Origin: Octopus sinensis
Taxonomy: Eukaryota
DNA: 64,000 nucleotides
Direction of reading: 5' to 3'
NCBI RefSeq assembly: GCF_006345805.1
Contig: NC_043002.1
Location: forward strand, 3,782,001 to 3,846,000
Positions 60,137 through 64,000 of the stretch are shown here, in pieces. The position numbers and the translations under genes are program-made. How positions within the stretch are numbered: the first letter of the stretch is position 1; every line of letters begins with the position of its first letter. The notes beneath the pieces were generated by a model. The model had not been told where the DNA came from. It did no database searches and saw only the letters and a program-made list of their open reading frames with translations.

Positions 60137-60974
60137 TGCACACGCTCACATACACAGATCCGAAGACGACTATACTTGCCATCTGTTCCCGTCATTAGTA
60201 AAATAGTAATTATCAATTATCCTACGATGGTCTTGTAAATCTAGTTATCGGCCAATTCATAAAGTCCTGAGTCATTATTCAACGTCTTAGCTTCGAAACT
60301 ACAGAACTGCATAGATGCAGAGCCCGATGATGGGTGTCCCACGGTCTCGGCTTTGTGCTGGTCCATTTATTTCTGTATTGATAGCCACATCAGTTTTAAT
60401 CTCGGCTTTGAAAATTTCTATGGAAACGAACATTTTGTCTTTTATTGTCGAAGGGAAACGCATGATATACAGCGCGTCAAGTTTAGCAAAAGAAAAATAC
60501 AAATATAAAACAAATAATGAAATAAAAAAAGCAAAAGAAATAGTTTTCACAAATTTTATTACAATTTAACCATTCTAATATAAATTAAATATTGATTATG
60601 TTCATTAAATAAATACTGATTTTGTTTTCTGGAAGTTCGATTACAATCAAATGCCCTATACGGTTTCAGAAAACACCGAATGCAGAATCGATGGCGTTTT
60701 CAAAGGTATCAGCAGCGTATCTGAAGTGGCCGGAGTGATTCAGTATTGCAGAAACGATTGACCATTACCTGACCACAACGCTCGCCATAAGGTGTGAATA
60801 AATTAATGTAAAATAATATACATATTTACACACATTCGTGCACGCGCATACACACACACACAACACAGACACACACACACACAACACATACAGACACACA
60901 CACACAACACATACAGACACACACACACACACACTCACACACATCTGAAATGTTTCATTTAAATAAATCCCTGA

Positions 60975-61136
60975 TTATAATTTTACTAATAGAAGCTTGT
61001 TTTTCATTCGACTAACTTGTTCTTGTAGATGATGGAGAGTGACCATTGAAAACCATCGGGTCACTATTATGGGGGTCGCCGGTTCTACTAAGAGATTGAT
61101 GTCAACGGCGGGGTCTTGAAGAGCGTAGCTTTGCAC
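60975..61136 (-). CDS. Terminal coding exon of an unknown, possibly cytokine-like protein (VQSYALQDPAVDINLL..RWFSMVTLHHLQEQVSRMKNKLLLVKL*)
   Basis: Strong acceptor T13-ACCATTTTAG|; phase 0 frame open for 53 codons to TAA; AATAAA on the minus strand at 60555-60560 followed by a U-rich tract. Confidence 0.55.
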   Translation of the reverse strand: MQSYALQDPAVDINLLVEPATPIIVTRWFSMVTLHHLQEQVSRMKNKLLLVKL

Positions 61137-61799
61137 CTAAAATGGTAAAAAAAAAAAAAACATGTAAATCACTTGATTAATCTGATTGAAGTGTATAATA
61201 AGTAATCTGAAATCGATAATCAATAAATATTTTGATCAATCGAAACAACTCTGAAGATCGATAGAAATTTACAGGAAAGTGTTTTCTAACAATCATCATT
61301 ATGGCATATTGACACCGATGAAGAGTCGCCACCGTTTGCATCTTATGTATGTAGAGCCGGCTGTTCTACGGAATGTCTTCTGTCTCCCTGTTACCGATTC
61401 CATCTCAATATTCAAAGCCAATGAAGCTCTTAGCAGTTTTACTCTGCTCCCACTTATCACTGCAACAAAATCCCGAAATAATTTCCTTTTGTCTTTCTCT
61501 TAAAGAAACCGAAACCATCCACGAGGTTTTAGGAATGGATTAAAGAAATCTTTTACAACGGATGATGTTTCTAGAACGTTTCTTGGATTAAAGTTAATGG
61601 AACTGGTATTAGCTTGGACTTTCTTTGAGAAACGTATGGACAAAGAATGGTCAAGATAAAGTCCCATCTTATCTAACTGTTGACAGATAACTAGATTACT
61701 AGTTTGTAGGTTCAAATCTAACGCAGGCGACACATTACATTATTGGCCGATTTTTCCATCGACATCAACTGTCGATTAAAAATTGGTGGAATGTTCATA

Positions 61800-61817
61800 A
61801 TTGCACACACACACACA

Positions 61818-61867
<50 letters not shown>

Positions 61868-61897
61868 ACCTGTGTATGTACACACACACACACACAC

Positions 61898-61987
<90 letters not shown>

Positions 61988-62025
61988 TAGATAGATAGAT
62001 AGATGGATGGATGGATGGATGGATG

Positions 62026-62084
<59 letters not shown>

Positions 62085-62100
62085 GGATGGATAGATAGAT

Positions 62101-62165
<65 letters not shown>

Positions 62166-62181
62166 GGAGATATATATATTT

Positions 62182-62217
<36 letters not shown>

Positions 62218-62235
62218 GGAGATAGATAGATAAAT
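61800..62235. repeat. (CA)n, (TA)n and (GATA)n compound microsatellite (intronic)
   Basis: Direct. Confidence 0.95.
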
Positions 62236-62282
62236 AAAACGATAAAATGATATATAATCGCAATTAACATTGAAATACCTAC

Positions 62283-62513
62283 CATCTGCGATAAAAGTAG
62301 CTTCAAATCTTTCAAGCGTGAATTGGCATCCCGTAGATGGCAGTAAAAAACGGCATCATTTCTGGTAGTTTGCTGAAAACAAGCATTTGGGTAATGGCAG
62401 GGAACTCCGATTTTTCTTGCTGGGGCACAAAGATAGTTGAGTTCTCTGTTTAGCTGGCTTTGGATACTGGTGTTGTATTGTGAAATCACGGCGGTCATGT
62501 TTACTAAAGCCAT
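62283..62513 (-). CDS. Internal coding exon of an unknown, probably secreted protein ([15 protein letters not shown]), phase 0-0
   Basis: Acceptor TTTCTCGTTGTTTCTTCCTCCAATCTAG|, donor ATG|GTAGGT, 231 bp = 77 open codons, 4 Cys, two N-x-S/T sequons. Confidence 0.65.
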
Positions 62514-62664
62514 CTAGATTGGAGGAAGAAACAACGAGAAATTGCGAAATAAAGACATGTTCTGATATGTTGAAAAATATAAAAGTGCCCGCGCACCTAC
62601 ACGCATATCTCTGTCTGTCTCTCTCTATTTCATATGCATTCGTTAAACAAGCATTCATATATAT

Positions 62665-62865
62665 CAGCGCTTTTCAAACTTTTTGCTGGAGCGGAACCCC
62701 AAGGAAACATTCCACTGGCTCGAGGAACCCCCGTGCAATAATTTAATAGTCTTATGCACACATATCTGCACAGGAGACTTAGAAATTACTGTCGATTTTA
62801 GCAGTTTTGTAACTTCTTGCGGAACCCCTGGACTGTACTGGCGGAACCCTGGTTGAAGACCACTG
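62665..62865. mobile_element. hAT-like MITE
   Basis: TIRs CAGCGCTTTTCAA / TTGAAGACCACTG; 8-bp flanks ATATATAT and GTATATAT. Confidence 0.7.
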
Positions 62866-62875
62866 GTATATATAT

Positions 62876-62922
<47 letters not shown>

Positions 62923-63228
62923 AATTGAATAAGGGTAGAAATTGATATTAATCAATTAAAACCAGTGGCCTAGCATATTTAAGAAAAAAATCCGAAGATT
63001 AAAATTTTTTTTATATACAAAATTTAGAGGATTGACCACTAAACAAATGGACAGCCTGTATGCTAGATATAGACGTCAAAATCGCCATTTTCCACGAAGA
63101 ATGTGTTCTCAAGAAAAAAATTCAGCAAAAAAACAAAGTGTAAAAATAAGCAAGACAAATGAAAATATACGAAATAGAAAAAAACCATTACCTATGTACT
63201 AATTAGTACATAGGTAGTCGTATAATTT

Positions 63229-63283
<55 letters not shown>

Positions 63284-63346
63284 CAAACATACATCTGTTT
63301 GTTGTCTACACCACCTGTCTTCATTTTTTGCTTTTTTGTGAATTCT

Positions 63347-63407
<61 letters not shown>

Positions 63408-63425
63408 TATATATATATATATATA

Positions 63426-63568
63426 GCGGTTCGGCAAAAGAGACCGATAGAATAAGTACTGGGCTTACAAAGAATAAGTCCCGGGGTCGATTTGCTCGAC
63501 TAAAGGCGGTGCTCCAGCATGGCCGCAGTCAAATGACTGAAACAAGTAAAAGAGTAAAGAGTAAGAGT
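63426..63568 (+). mobile_element. SINE family A, 3' end
   Basis: Near-consensus 3' half with (AAGAGTA)n tail. Confidence 0.88.
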
Positions 63569-63739
63569 ATATATATATATATATATACATACATACATAC
63601 ACACACACACATATATATATACATACACATGATTTGATAAATGTCCACGCACGAAACTCTTGGATCTTGAGTCACTCTGTTACCTCTGATAAATATTAAT
63701 AAAAATGTACATATTTTTCTGTTTGCATCACCATATCTA

Positions 63740-64000
63740 TCTATCTATCTGTCTGGCTCTTCGTGTGTATGTGTGTCTGTCTGTCTATGTATGTATGTAT
63801 GTATGTATGTATGTATGTATGTATGTATGTATGTATGTATGTATGTATGCATGTGTGTATGTATGTATGTATGTATGTATGTATGCATGTATGTGTGTGT
63901 ATGTATGTATGTATGTATGTGTGTATGTATGCATGTATGTGTGTGTGTATGTATGTATGCATGTATGTGTGTGTGTATGTATGTATGTATGTATGCATGT
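63740..64000. repeat. (GTAT)n microsatellite
   Basis: Direct. Confidence 0.95.

Noticed and set aside
61500-61676. Alternative terminal exon LDKMGLYLDHSL..GWFRFL* for the minus-strand gene
   Set aside because: In phase, but its acceptor is much weaker than the one at 61137. It remains possible as an alternative or partial internal exon.

Overview
AT-rich, repeat-saturated eukaryotic genomic DNA. The SINE families, (CATA)n/(TA)n/(AAT)n microsatellite load and LINE types point to a coleoid cephalopod, probably Octopus (inference). Most of the window is mobile elements: at least five tRNA-headed SINE families; a decayed RTE LINE at about 16.1-19.85 kb whose long modular 3' UTR recurs as about 12 short copies; a 5'-truncated CR1-group LINE with an intact 993-aa endonuclease-RT ORF and a 16-bp target-site duplication (26.8-30.3 kb); two R4/Dong-type LINE relics; a BovB-like RTE relic; a mariner relic; non-autonomous Helitrons in tandem; hAT-like MITEs; and Penelope-type fragments carrying minimal hammerhead ribozyme motifs. 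Nearly all short ORFs in the supplied track are microsatellite or antisense artefacts. Host-gene evidence is limited to spliced-exon candidates read by hand. The best is a two-exon minus-strand CDS at 60975-62513 encoding a possible secreted four-helix cytokine-like protein. A weaker six-exon, phase-consistent plus-strand chain spans 8.8-35.9 kb. Main novelty candidates: the cytokine-like gene, a tandemly repeated H-type pseudoknot module in the RTE 3' UTR, and a tRNA-headed SINE ending in a hammerhead ribozyme. Family names and protein similarities come from recalled motifs, not database searches. Boundaries of decayed repeats are approximate.
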